Shown here: piece by piece, positions 27,455 through 36,673 of the stretch
Numbering within the stretch: the first letter of the stretch is position 1
Layout: the number at the start of each line of letters is the position of its first letter
DNA from: Thermoplasmata archaeon
GTDB taxonomy: Archaea; Thermoplasmatota; DTKX01; VGTL01
Direction of reading: 5' to 3'
NCBI GenBank assembly: GCA_038851035.1
Contig: JAWCLH010000006.1
Span: 25,769-89,768 of the forward strand
DNA: 64,000 bases
Notes under the pieces: model-generated
Told to the model about the DNA's origin: nothing
Seen by the model: the letters and a program-made list of their open reading frames with translations, nothing else
The model's database searches: none
Translations under genes and position numbers: made by a program

Positions 27455-30061
27455 ATGGTCCTGAAAGGGCATGGGAAAGCGCTCTGCCTCATGGCCGCGC
27501 TGCTCGCGAGCTGCGCGCTCCCGGCGCCTGCGCTCCGGAGCCCGGGAAACATAGATCTGGCCGTTTCTCCACAGAACATCAGCCTTGACCCCGGCCATCC
27601 GGGGGAGCTGAGGACCAACGACAACATAACGGTAAGGGTCACGGTTAGCAATCTCGGGAACGAACCCGCCTACAATGTCTCTTTGCAAATCCTCTGGAAC
27701 ACCAGCGATGAGGCCCCGAAGCTCGTCGGCATACACGACTTCAACGAAAGTGCAACGGTGATAGGGGCGGGGTCGAGCGCGGAGGCCATCGTTCACTGGA
27801 ACACCTCGGGCCTCGGGCTGGAGCCAGGAGTGAACTATACCATCTGGGTGACGGTCTACAACGACACGCATCCCGAGAGCCAGTGGGACTCCAACCCAAG
27901 TAACAACCGCGCCAGCCTGAACATCACATTCCTTCCAGACGTAATTCCTGTGGTGGAGGAGCTGCGCGCCGACAGGAGCCTCGCCATTGTCGGGGACACA
28001 GTCCTCCTGACCGTGGTTCTAAACAACACCGGAATCAGACCCGCGGTTGGAGAGCCGGTCGAGTTGTTTCTCGATAACGAGGAAAGGCCCTTCCAGACCA
28101 ACTACACCACCATCCCTCCCACCACCCCCACCAATTTGAAGTACTATTGGAACACCAGCGGCATTGTCGACGGCCCGCACACCGTCACTGCAAAGGTACG
28201 CCAGAGCTCCCGCTCCGTGCAGCTCCAGTTTAAATACCGGACCAATCCCTTCATCGCCTCCATATCCCCATCAGTGAACCATGCCACGATTGGTGAGTCA
28301 GTAACAATCAACGTCACGCTCGATAACAACGGCAGCGAAGCAGCGCAAAACGTCAGGGTGGACTTTTATCTCGACGCTGGTGGAGTGCCGATTGGAAACC
28401 GGACAGTAGCGGAAGTTCCGGTGGGGGTCACGACCAACACATCCTTCGACTGGGACACCCACCACGCCCTCCCCGGCAACCACACCATCAGGGCGAGGGT
28501 AGAACTCACCGGGAGCGAGTGCAGAACAGGGAACATCACCCTCGTAGCCCCCACCTTGCCCGACCTCACAATTGAGAACGTTAGCCTCAGCGACTACAGC
28601 CCTTTAATCGGTCAGGTTGTCCGTGTGAATATAAACGTGTGCAATATCGGCGAGGGGGCAATGGAGGACAACACAAGCCTGAAGGTCTGGCTGGACGCGC
28701 AAATCGACCCGATATTTGAGACCAATGTTACACCCCTCGGACCGGGTCAGAGTCTTCTCACCAGCTTCGACTGGGACACGGCGGGCCTCAGCCCATTCAG
28801 GCACACGCTTTTCGTCTATGTCAATCCCGAGGCTGAGCTGGAGGAGAGCAATGCCACCAATAATGACTTCAAGATGTATGTGAACCTCAGGGGCGCGGTG
28901 GACCTTGCTATTGAGTCGCTTGCCCTCTCCATTACAGCAAACCAGAGCAACATTACGGGGGAGATTACTTCGGGCGATAGGGTCTGGGTCTGGATAACGG
29001 TTTTAAACCGGGGGAGTCTTAGCAGTCTATCCAACACAACCCTCGAGCTTTTCCTAGATGATGCTCCAGTACCCATCTTCACCCGAAGCCTCAACCCCAT
29101 CTCGGCGGGGGGTAGGAGCACTCAATACTTCATTTGGGACACCTCCTTCTTCAACGACACCGCCGACACCAACCACACACTGAAGGCTGTGGTGGACGCG
29201 GGGAACAGGAACGCCGATGCCAACCCGGCAAACAACCGTATTTCCATCAATTTCATCGTCCATCCTTTCGTGCCGGAGGCTGACCTCGAGATTGTGGAGC
29301 TGAATCTCTCAAAACGCAGGGTGTATTACGAAGAAATCGTGTTCATCTCCGTTCACATCGCCAACCGCGGTGGTAAAGCCGCCAGCAACATCACCCTCCG
29401 GTTTATGTTCAGAAAGGGGACTTCGCCCCAGCCGCTAGCCGACCAGAAAATCGCGTCCCTCCTCCCTGGAGAGCACATCAATCGTTCCCAGAGCTGGCAG
29501 GTCTTGGTCGCCCCGGGGAACTATACAATCGAGGTGCAGCTCGACCCCACGAACTCCGTGGTGGAGCAAACCAAGGAGAACAATGCGGCCAGTGCGGAGC
29601 TGGAGGTTCTGGCCGCGCAAGTCAGAGAGCCCCGCCTGGAAATCGCTGGATTTGTGGTCCAGTCCACAAGGCCCTCGGCCGGCGAGAAGGTACGGGTGAA
29701 TGTGACGCTCATGAACAACGGCACAGCTACGGCCACGTACATTGTCATAACCATTCTTGTGAACGGAGAGCCCGGGCCATCATACTCCGTGGCCCAGCTC
29801 GGGCCCGGGGAGAGCACCACTGTTTCCCTCTTCTGGACTGCAAAGCGCGGCCCCCACACCCTCCGTGCCACCGCCACGGCGAGGGAGCTGGGGACGGTGA
29901 TGGGCCCGACAGTGTCTGTCACCGTTGGGGCGGAGGAGGAGGGCATGGCGCCGCTGGATCTCATGATTATTGCTGTCATCATCGTCCTCATAGTCGTGGC
30001 CGCGGTCCTGATGCTCCGCGGCACGCGCGGGACGAGCCTGGAGGAAAGCGAGGAGGAATAA
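27455..30061 (+). CDS. Secreted protein made of about seven to eight CARDB-like domains, with many N-glycosylation sequons and a C-terminal anchor
   Basis: I prefer the internal ATG at 27455 (MVLKGHGKALCLMAALLASCALPAPA, signal-like). CARDB signatures recur (SNLGNEPA, LNNTGIRPA, DNNGSEAAQNV, CNIGEGAM, LNRGSLSS, ANRGGKAASN, MNNGTATA, plus NNR/NNDF/ENNAAS strands). I count 33 N-x-S/T sequons. The TM is LMIIAVIIVLIVVAAVLML. Confidence 0.85.
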   Translation: MVLKGHGKALCLMAALLASCALPAPALRSPGNIDLAVSPQNISLDPGHPGELRTNDNITVRVTVSNLGNEPAYNVSLQILWNTSDEAPKLVGIHDFNESATVIGAGSSAEAIVHWNTSGLGLEPGVNYTIWVTVYNDTHPESQWDSNPSNNRASLNITFLPDVIPVVEELRADRSLAIVGDTVLLTVVLNNTGIRPAVGEPVELFLDNEERPFQTNYTTIPPTTPTNLKYYWNTSGIVDGPHTVTAKVRQSSRSVQLQFKYRTNPFIASISPSVNHATIGESVTINVTLDNNGSEAAQNVRVDFYLDAGGVPIGNRTVAEVPVGVTTNTSFDWDTHHALPGNHTIRARVELTGSECRTGNITLVAPTLPDLTIENVSLSDYSPLIGQVVRVNINVCNIGEGAMEDNTSLKVWLDAQIDPIFETNVTPLGPGQSLLTSFDWDTAGLSPFRHTLFVYVNPEAELEESNATNNDFKMYVNLRGAVDLAIESLALSITANQSNITGEITSGDRVWVWITVLNRGSLSSLSNTTLELFLDDAPVPIFTRSLNPISAGGRSTQYFIWDTSFFNDTADTNHTLKAVVDAGNRNADANPANNRISINFIVHPFVPEADLEIVELNLSKRRVYYEEIVFISVHIANRGGKAASNITLRFMFRKGTSPQPLADQKIASLLPGEHINRSQSWQVLVAPGNYTIEVQLDPTNSVVEQTKENNAASAELEVLAAQVREPRLEIAGFVVQSTRPSAGEKVRVNVTLMNNGTATATYIVITILVNGEPGPSYSVAQLGPGESTTVSLFWTAKRGPHTLRATATARELGTVMGPTVSVTVGAEEEGMAPLDLMIIAVIIVLIVVAAVLMLRGTRGTSLEESEEE

Positions 30062-30083
30062 AGGGGAAACCAAAGGAGGTGTG

Positions 30084-32951
30084 ATGATGAGACGAGATGT
30101 CTTTGGTCTAGTACTTGTGATGTTTATCGCATCCTGGAGCGCTCCATCACTCTTCATAGTGGCGGAGCCCCGGGGCCCCGTTGCGAATACAGACTCCGAG
30201 CCCAACGGCGACTTTGGCAACGCCACCCTAGTCGTCCCGGGCGCCGGCAACACAATCACGATATACGGCAACCACTCGATGAGCGACAGCGACGACTATT
30301 ATAAAATAAGGCTGAACCGCACCGGCGGAAATGTAGAGAAGCTCGTCGTGGAGTCCGAGACGTCGGAGGGGGCTCCGAGGCTCTTCGTTTATGACCCGAC
30401 GGGAAAGAGAGTGCTGCTCGACGGGGACGCCGCCATTGACACCAGGCACAGGGTCACCACCTACGGTCATGTGACCGGAGACTACTATATTCGGTACGAA
30501 GTGCAGACGATGACTACTGCCAGCTACCAGCTCACCTTTACGAAAACAACCGAGGCCCTAGCCGACGATGGTGACAACTCCCCCTCCGCCGCACCAGTTA
30601 TCAGCGCCTTCCCTGCCCATGTCAGCAATAGCGTAAACGATCCGACCGACCAGGGGGACTGGTATGCTCTGGACCTCCAGTCGGACGACATAAAGGCGGA
30701 TGTGGTCACCTTCATGTGCAGACCTGCCCAGACTCTTGCTGTCAATGTGGAGGTGTACGACCCGGACCTTGATTTTCTCCAGGAGTTCTTCTACGAGCCC
30801 TCGGGCCCTGGGGACATAAACAAGGGCGATACGAGGCAGGGCTCATTCGGTGCGAGCTCTGGGGGGAGGTGGTACCTGAGGGTCTTTGCGGCCGAGGGGG
30901 GCGGGAGCTACGAGCTCGACATCTTCAAAACAACTGTTCTGAAGGACAGCTATAACTCGGCGGAGACCGCCTTCGGCCTCCCCGAGGCCGTCGACGGCCA
31001 CTTCATCGAGTTCGCTGACACCCTCGGAAAGGACGTGGACATCGAGGATTACTTCTCCTTCCCCGTATCCGAGGGACAGATAATCCACGCCACTCTGGTC
31101 TCTCTGAATTATTCTAAATCCCTTGACCGCCCGCACATAATGATGGAGCTCCGGGACAGCACGAACACCTCCTACGGGACTTCTGGGGGAGCAGCCCGGA
31201 ACACAACAACAGCAGATGGCGTGTCGGCGGAGAATGCGATAGCGAGCTTCCTGCGCGTTTCAATGAACAACTACTGGGGCGGGGCGGGTGAGTACAGATT
31301 CAACATCACCCTTAACAATCCGCCCCGAATTCGCGAGAACACATGGGAATATGAATTTAAAATCAACGAGAGCTCATACGGCATCCTGGACCTAAGCGAG
31401 ATATTCTATGACCCCGATGGCGACTTGCTAAAGTTCAGCGCGGAGAACACCGTCCCCTCTGGCAAAACAATTGTTGAAATAGAGGGAAACCGAGCCAACT
31501 TCAGCACCGTGCATCCGGGCTGGACGGGCATGGAGAACTACACCGTCACAGCAAGGGACCCGTTCGGAGCGATCGCCACAGCGAACGTCCACGTGATTGT
31601 GGGGGTAGTTAACCATCCCCCCTACCTTCAGGGACCCACGATGGCGGAGGTGCGCATGTATCCCGAGCAGATTCTCGTGGACGCCCTAGACCTGAAAGAC
31701 TATTTCGCAGACGACGACATTTACAACCCCGCAATCAACGATTACCTGACGTATCACGTCAGGGACAATGGATCCGTGCGGGTGACCTTCCAGCTGATTC
31801 CAGGAACACTTAGGCACTCGGGAGGTCTAACCCTGCAGGCCCCCAGCCTGCCGGGGCTTGAGGAGCCGATTGTGATAGAAGCAAAGTTCTGGGCGACGGA
31901 CAGCTACAACCTAAGCAGCCCCGAGCTCCTCTGTGAGATCATCATCCAGCCCCAGCCCAACAAGCCCCCTCGCTGGAGCACCAATTTCACAGAAATAGTG
32001 ATGGACGAGAACCAGCCCGGCAGACCCTCAGAGGCGACCGTGAACCTCTACGATTACTGCACCGACACGGACCCCTGGGACAAAGGGGCATTGACTTTTT
32101 CAGCATCGGGCTATAACCTGAGCGCCTTCGCTGTGACCATCACGGGAAGCGTTGTGAAAATAGTGCCCAAGGAGGGTCTGTGGACGACCTATCCGCACGA
32201 GAAAATCACCTTCACCGCTACCGACACAAAAATGGAGAGCAGCGAGCAGACAGTGACTCTCATAGTGAACCACATCTACACACCGCCCGAGTTCACTTCC
32301 GTGCTACCCGCTGCAAAGAGTGTGTCCGTCGACGAGGGGAGCTCCATCTCGTTCGGAGTGGCGGTGAGCTACGATGCCAAGATTGCGGCCGAGAGCCCGC
32401 ACTTACTGAGGTACCGGTGGTACCTCGATGGGGCAATTCTAGCAGCGACCTCCGACACCTACACCTTCAGACCCGACTATACCGCTTCGGAGCGTTCCCC
32501 GTACAACATCACCGCCACCTTCAACGACTCAATTACTGAGATTCGGCACTCCTGGAGGGTGACGGTCAACAATGTCAATAGGCCTCCGGAGGGTGTGGCG
32601 ATTATATCACCCGTTAATGGAACCAACTTCACTAGCGGAAAGCGCGTCGAGTTCAGGGCCGCCGTGGCAACCGACCCCGACGACCCCAACGCCACTCTCG
32701 AGTACGAGTGGAGGGACTCGGGTGTAAAAATCGGAAGCGGCCTGAGTTTCACAACAAATAAACTTTCCGTTGGCCTCCACACAATTGTGCTCACGGTCAC
32801 CGACCCGGAAGGCGGAAGCGCGGAGGCCTCCGTGACGATAAGAATCAAACCCGCGCCACCTCCCCCTACGCCCGGACCCGGCATGGCTACCCTGGGCCTC
32901 GCCATTGTTCTCGCAATTGTGGTCTCTGCGCTGTGGGTGAGGAGGAGGTAG
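30084..32951 (+). CDS. Secreted surface protein: pre-peptidase-C-terminal-like modules, cadherin/He_PIG-like modules, a PKD-like module, and a C-terminal anchor
   Basis: A GGAGGT at 30075-30080 precedes the ATG at 30084/30087. The N-terminus is signal-like (MMRRDVFGLVLVMFIASWSAP). PPC-like motifs are present (EPNGDFGNATL...DDYYKIRL, DQGDWYALDL). Cadherin-like starts are present (NHPPYLQGP, NKPPRWST, YTPPEFTS, NRPPEGVA). The C-terminus is PGPGMATLGLAIVLAIVVSALWVRRR. Confidence 0.85.
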   Translation: MMRRDVFGLVLVMFIASWSAPSLFIVAEPRGPVANTDSEPNGDFGNATLVVPGAGNTITIYGNHSMSDSDDYYKIRLNRTGGNVEKLVVESETSEGAPRLFVYDPTGKRVLLDGDAAIDTRHRVTTYGHVTGDYYIRYEVQTMTTASYQLTFTKTTEALADDGDNSPSAAPVISAFPAHVSNSVNDPTDQGDWYALDLQSDDIKADVVTFMCRPAQTLAVNVEVYDPDLDFLQEFFYEPSGPGDINKGDTRQGSFGASSGGRWYLRVFAAEGGGSYELDIFKTTVLKDSYNSAETAFGLPEAVDGHFIEFADTLGKDVDIEDYFSFPVSEGQIIHATLVSLNYSKSLDRPHIMMELRDSTNTSYGTSGGAARNTTTADGVSAENAIASFLRVSMNNYWGGAGEYRFNITLNNPPRIRENTWEYEFKINESSYGILDLSEIFYDPDGDLLKFSAENTVPSGKTIVEIEGNRANFSTVHPGWTGMENYTVTARDPFGAIATANVHVIVGVVNHPPYLQGPTMAEVRMYPEQILVDALDLKDYFADDDIYNPAINDYLTYHVRDNGSVRVTFQLIPGTLRHSGGLTLQAPSLPGLEEPIVIEAKFWATDSYNLSSPELLCEIIIQPQPNKPPRWSTNFTEIVMDENQPGRPSEATVNLYDYCTDTDPWDKGALTFSASGYNLSAFAVTITGSVVKIVPKEGLWTTYPHEKITFTATDTKMESSEQTVTLIVNHIYTPPEFTSVLPAAKSVSVDEGSSISFGVAVSYDAKIAAESPHLLRYRWYLDGAILAATSDTYTFRPDYTASERSPYNITATFNDSITEIRHSWRVTVNNVNRPPEGVAIISPVNGTNFTSGKRVEFRAAVATDPDDPNATLEYEWRDSGVKIGSGLSFTTNKLSVGLHTIVLTVTDPEGGSAEASVTIRIKPAPPPPTPGPGMATLGLAIVLAIVVSALWVRRR

Positions 32952-32990
32952 ACCTGAGGGTGGGCGATCCCCCAACGGCCCGCCAACTCT

Positions 32991-34124
32991 CTATTTCAAC
33001 GCGGAGAGCCTCAGGGGCCCTGACGACACCAGACTCCTCCGACCACAGGGGGGTGCGCGGCTGGCGCCCGCGCATGTGACGTGACAATTGGCAGTGCAGC
33101 CCGGCACGGGCCTGAAGACTCCGTCCGAGCCCTTCACAGTGAATGGAAGACAGATGCCCTCGCAGTGGGGCAGATAAGGGCTGTCGGTCTCTGACGCCAT
33201 AGTCTCCTGACAGGTGGCGTAGCTCATACCGAAGTCTTCGGCCAAGGCCCTGGCGATTCTGTGGAAATCTAGCCTCGCCTCCCTGCGAAGGAGATAGCCC
33301 TCGCTCGTGCCCTCACGGCTGAATACATAGTCCCTCTCCATTTCCTCCGCAAGGCGGGGCGAGAGAGTTGCCACGATTCTTTTCAGCCTTTGGAACATGG
33401 ATGGCGACGGTCGACTTTTCGAGAAGCGCCCCGTCGATGACACGACGTGGACCGCCCCGGCGCTCTGGAAGTCCCGCATGAGCTCCTCGAGCCTCTCCCT
33501 CCAGCCCTCGTGGTAGAGGGCTTTCCATAGATGAATCAGAACTGGGTCGAGGCGCACGATGCACTTTACGCCATTCAAGCTCATAGACCGCAGTGCCTCA
33601 AGACGTGCTTCGTACGGCGGGGCGCCGGGAGAGAGGAGGCGGAGGACTTCTGGCGGACCCTCGATTGTTATCGCGATAAACTTCCGTGGAAATTCTGCAA
33701 AGCCATCTATGTCAAGGAGAAATGAGGGGTCGGCCTTCGTGGTTATGGAGAAGGATGGCCCCTTGCGAACCAGCAGCTCGACCAGCCTGCGGGTCTCGCG
33801 CCGGAGCTCGGGCACCGCCTGGCATGGGTCGGTGGTGTTTGATATCGAGAAGGGTGGGCAGAGGCGAATTCTCCTCAGGTCCATCTCGACGAGCTCGGGA
33901 AGGTTGGAGTAAATCTGCATGACTCTCTTCGGGGGTCGTGAGTAGATAGCGTATCTTGCGTAGCAGTAGACACAGTCGTGGATGCAGTGGTCCTTGCCGG
34001 GGGGTGTCAGGTTCACAATCCATGCGTGGAAGCACTTCCGCCGGGGCCCGGCGTATGGCCAGTCGTGGAAAGTCGAGCCCCTCTTCGGCACTAGCTGCAA
34101 CGCGCGTGGTTCACCCAGCACCAA
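32991..34124 (-). CDS. Radical SAM protein, SplB/DNA-photolyase-like (COG1533-type), with an extra Cys-rich C-terminal extension
   Basis: The CxxxCxxC motif CIHDCVYCYA lies near the N-terminus. The layout is SplB-like (TKADPSFLLDI, RLDPVL). The C-terminal ~70 aa contain 8 Cys (ATCQE...PHCEGICLPF...PGCTANCHVTCAG...PPCG). The start is TTG/GTG at 34124/34121. Confidence 0.75.
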   Translation of the reverse strand: MVLGEPRALQLVPKRGSTFHDWPYAGPRRKCFHAWIVNLTPPGKDHCIHDCVYCYARYAIYSRPPKRVMQIYSNLPELVEMDLRRIRLCPPFSISNTTDPCQAVPELRRETRRLVELLVRKGPSFSITTKADPSFLLDIDGFAEFPRKFIAITIEGPPEVLRLLSPGAPPYEARLEALRSMSLNGVKCIVRLDPVLIHLWKALYHEGWRERLEELMRDFQSAGAVHVVSSTGRFSKSRPSPSMFQRLKRIVATLSPRLAEEMERDYVFSREGTSEGYLLRREARLDFHRIARALAEDFGMSYATCQETMASETDSPYLPHCEGICLPFTVKGSDGVFRPVPGCTANCHVTCAGASRAPPCGRRSLVSSGPLRLSALK

Positions 34125-34152
34125 CTGTTCACCGGCAAGTCAATGCAGCCAA

Positions 34153-34164
34153 AGTATATTTAAT
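34153..34164. promoter_or_regulatory. Single AT-rich TATA-like element shared by the divergent genes 32991..34124 (-) and 34194..35651 (+)
   Basis: The element agtatatttaat is the only AT-rich element in the 69-nt intergenic gap. It sits about 33-37 nt from both start codons. Confidence 0.45.
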
Positions 34165-34193
34165 CCACCCTCCTCTCCCCCTCGGGGAGATCC

Positions 34194-35651
34194 ATGAGGA
34201 CACCGGAACAGTATATGGAGAGCCTACGCAGGATGCGGCCCAACGTGTACAAGTTTGGCGAGCTGATCGAGGACGTGACTACCCACCCAGCAACGCGGCG
34301 GTGCGTCGCGGGTCATGCCAGGCTCTATGCCGCGGCGCTTGAGGACGGAACGAGGGAGCTTCTCACCACGAGTTCGGGCCTCACAGGCGAACCCGTGTCC
34401 CGCTACCTCTCCTTGATACAGAGCCAGGAGGACATGCTCGCCAACCTTCGGTTGAAGAGGCTCGCCTTCAACCTCACCGGCACATGTACAGGAGGCCGCT
34501 GCGTGGGGTGGACCGCAATAAACGCAATGTGGGCGACTACATTCGATATGGACAGGGCCTTGGGAACGGACTATCACGGGAGACTCAGGGAGTGGCTAGT
34601 CGATAAGCAGCGGGAGGACATAACGCTCTGCGGAGCCCTGACCGACCCCAAGGGTGACCGCAGCCTAGGGCCATGCGAGCAGCCCGACCCCGATTTGAAC
34701 TTACACGCGGTGGCGGTCAGGGACGACGGCATCGTCGTCCGAGGGGCCAAGGTGATGATCGCGGGGGCAGCGGCCGCAAACGAGATATTCGTCCTACCGG
34801 GGAGCAGGTACAACGAAAGGGAAAAGGACTATGCGATCTCCTTCGCAATTCCTAGGGACGCCGAGGGAATAATCGTCGTCGAGGCGCGAAGACCGTCCGA
34901 CACGCGCGAGAATGAGGAGGGTTTTGATATACCGGTAAGAAAGGGTGGTATCTCCCAGGGCTACATATTCTTCGAGGACGTTTTCGTTCCCAAAAAAAGA
35001 GTGTTCATGTGCGGCGAGGCGAACTTCACACAGGCGGCGGTGCTCAACTTCATCACGCCCTATCGTTCCGCGATTGGAGGATGCGTTGCGGGACAGGGGG
35101 ACGTGATGATTGGTGCGGCCTCGCTCATTGCGAGGGCGAACGGGCTCCCGGACAGGGTCTTCATGGACAAATTCGTCAGGATGGCCGTGAACAACGAGAC
35201 GACATTTGCGGTTGGCGTCGCAGCGGCCTGCCTAGGCTCACTCCATCCGTCCGGAATCTGGATGCCTGACGGACTGACAGCAAACGTTTGTAAGGTTCAA
35301 GTGGCGACCTTGCCTTATGAAACGAAGCGTCTCGCTCAAGAAATCGCCGGGGGTATCGGAGAGACCGGGTGTATGCCCTCCTGGAGGGACTTCCAGGACG
35401 CGAGGCTTGGAGCGCTGCTCAAGAAATACTTACGTGCGAGGAGCAGTGCGGAGACGAGAATGAAGGTGGCGAGGCTCATTGAGTGGCTGACCATAGGAGC
35501 AGGAGTTCCCGGCTGCCTACATGGCGGTGGGTCCCCGGATGCGGCTAGATTGATGGTCTGGAGGGGGCTGGACAGGGAGCGATTGATTCGAATCGCGGGC
35601 GGTCTGGCGGGAATAGAGGAGGCTTTGGAGGAGCCATCCGCAAGGAAATAG
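34194..35651 (+). CDS. 4-hydroxybutyryl-CoA dehydratase / 4-hydroxyphenylacetate 3-hydroxylase (AbfD/HpaB) family protein
   Basis: The N-terminus MRTPEQYMESLRRMRPNVYKFGELIEDVTTHPATR, the length (485 aa), and the blocks TDPKGDRS, VRGAKVMIAG and FEDVFVP are typical of the family. A Cys pair at aa 98/103 (TCTGGRC) and Cys297 (IGGCVAG) suggest the Fe-S (AbfD) branch. Confidence 0.82.
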   Translation: MRTPEQYMESLRRMRPNVYKFGELIEDVTTHPATRRCVAGHARLYAAALEDGTRELLTTSSGLTGEPVSRYLSLIQSQEDMLANLRLKRLAFNLTGTCTGGRCVGWTAINAMWATTFDMDRALGTDYHGRLREWLVDKQREDITLCGALTDPKGDRSLGPCEQPDPDLNLHAVAVRDDGIVVRGAKVMIAGAAAANEIFVLPGSRYNEREKDYAISFAIPRDAEGIIVVEARRPSDTRENEEGFDIPVRKGGISQGYIFFEDVFVPKKRVFMCGEANFTQAAVLNFITPYRSAIGGCVAGQGDVMIGAASLIARANGLPDRVFMDKFVRMAVNNETTFAVGVAAACLGSLHPSGIWMPDGLTANVCKVQVATLPYETKRLAQEIAGGIGETGCMPSWRDFQDARLGALLKKYLRARSSAETRMKVARLIEWLTIGAGVPGCLHGGGSPDAARLMVWRGLDRERLIRIAGGLAGIEEALEEPSARK

Positions 35652-35725
35652 AAGCGAATTTCTGCCGCAAAAACTCTATATATAGATATAGTATTTTAGC
35701 AACCGGGCTGAGAGGGGTATTGTAT

Positions 35726-36673
35726 ATGAGATACGGGGTGCTCCGCGGGGTGCAGCTGGTTCTGATATTCATTGGGATAGCATTCATTATTGCAGGACTC
35801 CTCCAGAGCGAGAGGTATGTTCTTAAGAAGGACAAGGAGGTCCCCGGAACTGGCGTAATAGTGACGGAGCAAGTTCCCCCAGGCTCGATAATGATTGTCA
35901 AATCAGACTCAACCAGGGCCATGGACACGCGCGTCGTTAAAAACGACAACCGGGAAATGGTATTCGTGGGCAATGACACCTATTTTGACAGCCATCTCGC
36001 AGCGGGCGGGCCGCCGCCCAGCGGAAACGGCGTGGGAAAGTATGTCGAGCTCTGGGTCTGGGCATATACAGAGACCAGCTATACGATATCCATCAAAGCG
36101 CCCACCGAGAGCGCGATAGACTATACCGAGGCGGATGTGAGCTACACCGTGGAAGTGTGGATATGGACCCCACATTACTATTTGATTCTGATGGGTATTG
36201 TCCTTATCTCTTCGACCTTTGTCGTCTCTTCAGTCATGGGCATCGGGATATTCCGCGCCCCAGCTTACAGGCCGAGACCCCGTGAGGCTCCCGCGCCTGC
36301 AGAGGTTCCGCCAGTTCACGCTCCGACCCCTCCCGTCGCTCCGCCCCCCACTCCTGAACCAGCTCCAGCAGTTAGGAGAGCTCCTCCAGCGCCTGCCCCC
36401 GCTCCGGTGCCAGTTCCAGAGCCTGCGTTCGGACCGAAGTACGAGGTCAGGGTCGAGGCCCCTCCCCCGGCGCCGGCGAGACGCGGTGAGCCCGCTTGGG
36501 AGGTTACCCCGGTCAGAGTCGAGAGGCCACCGGCGCCCGTGGAGGAGCCCCGCAGACCGCTTAAAAAGATTAAATGCTCCGCGTGCGGAGCCATAATTCC
36601 TATCTACACAGCCGAGAGGCCGCTGAGAGTCACCTGCCCCCTCTGCGGAAGACAGGGCACGCTGACCAGATAG
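35726..36673 (+). CDS. Bitopic membrane protein with a small extracellular domain, a Pro-rich cytoplasmic tail and a C-terminal zinc ribbon
   Basis: TM1 is VQLVLIFIGIAFIIAGLL and TM2 is YYLILMGIVLISSTFVVSSVMGIGIF. The tail is about 100 aa of P/A/V-rich sequence. The C-terminus is KCSACGAIIPIYTAERPLRVTCPLCG. I prefer the ATG at 35726 (the track uses TTG at 35720). A strong TATA-like element ctctatatatagatatag lies at about 35674-35692. Confidence 0.7.
   Translation: MRYGVLRGVQLVLIFIGIAFIIAGLLQSERYVLKKDKEVPGTGVIVTEQVPPGSIMIVKSDSTRAMDTRVVKNDNREMVFVGNDTYFDSHLAAGGPPPSGNGVGKYVELWVWAYTETSYTISIKAPTESAIDYTEADVSYTVEVWIWTPHYYLILMGIVLISSTFVVSSVMGIGIFRAPAYRPRPREAPAPAEVPPVHAPTPPVAPPPTPEPAPAVRRAPPAPAPAPVPVPEPAFGPKYEVRVEAPPPAPARRGEPAWEVTPVRVERPPAPVEEPRRPLKKIKCSACGAIIPIYTAERPLRVTCPLCGRQGTLTR

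Noticed and set aside
35578-35600. A tRNA T-loop-like GATTCGAATC motif (another TTCGAAT occurs at about 53284).
   Set aside because: Both lie inside well-supported CDS and lack the surrounding acceptor, D and anticodon stem complementarity. I found no tRNA gene in the window by eye.
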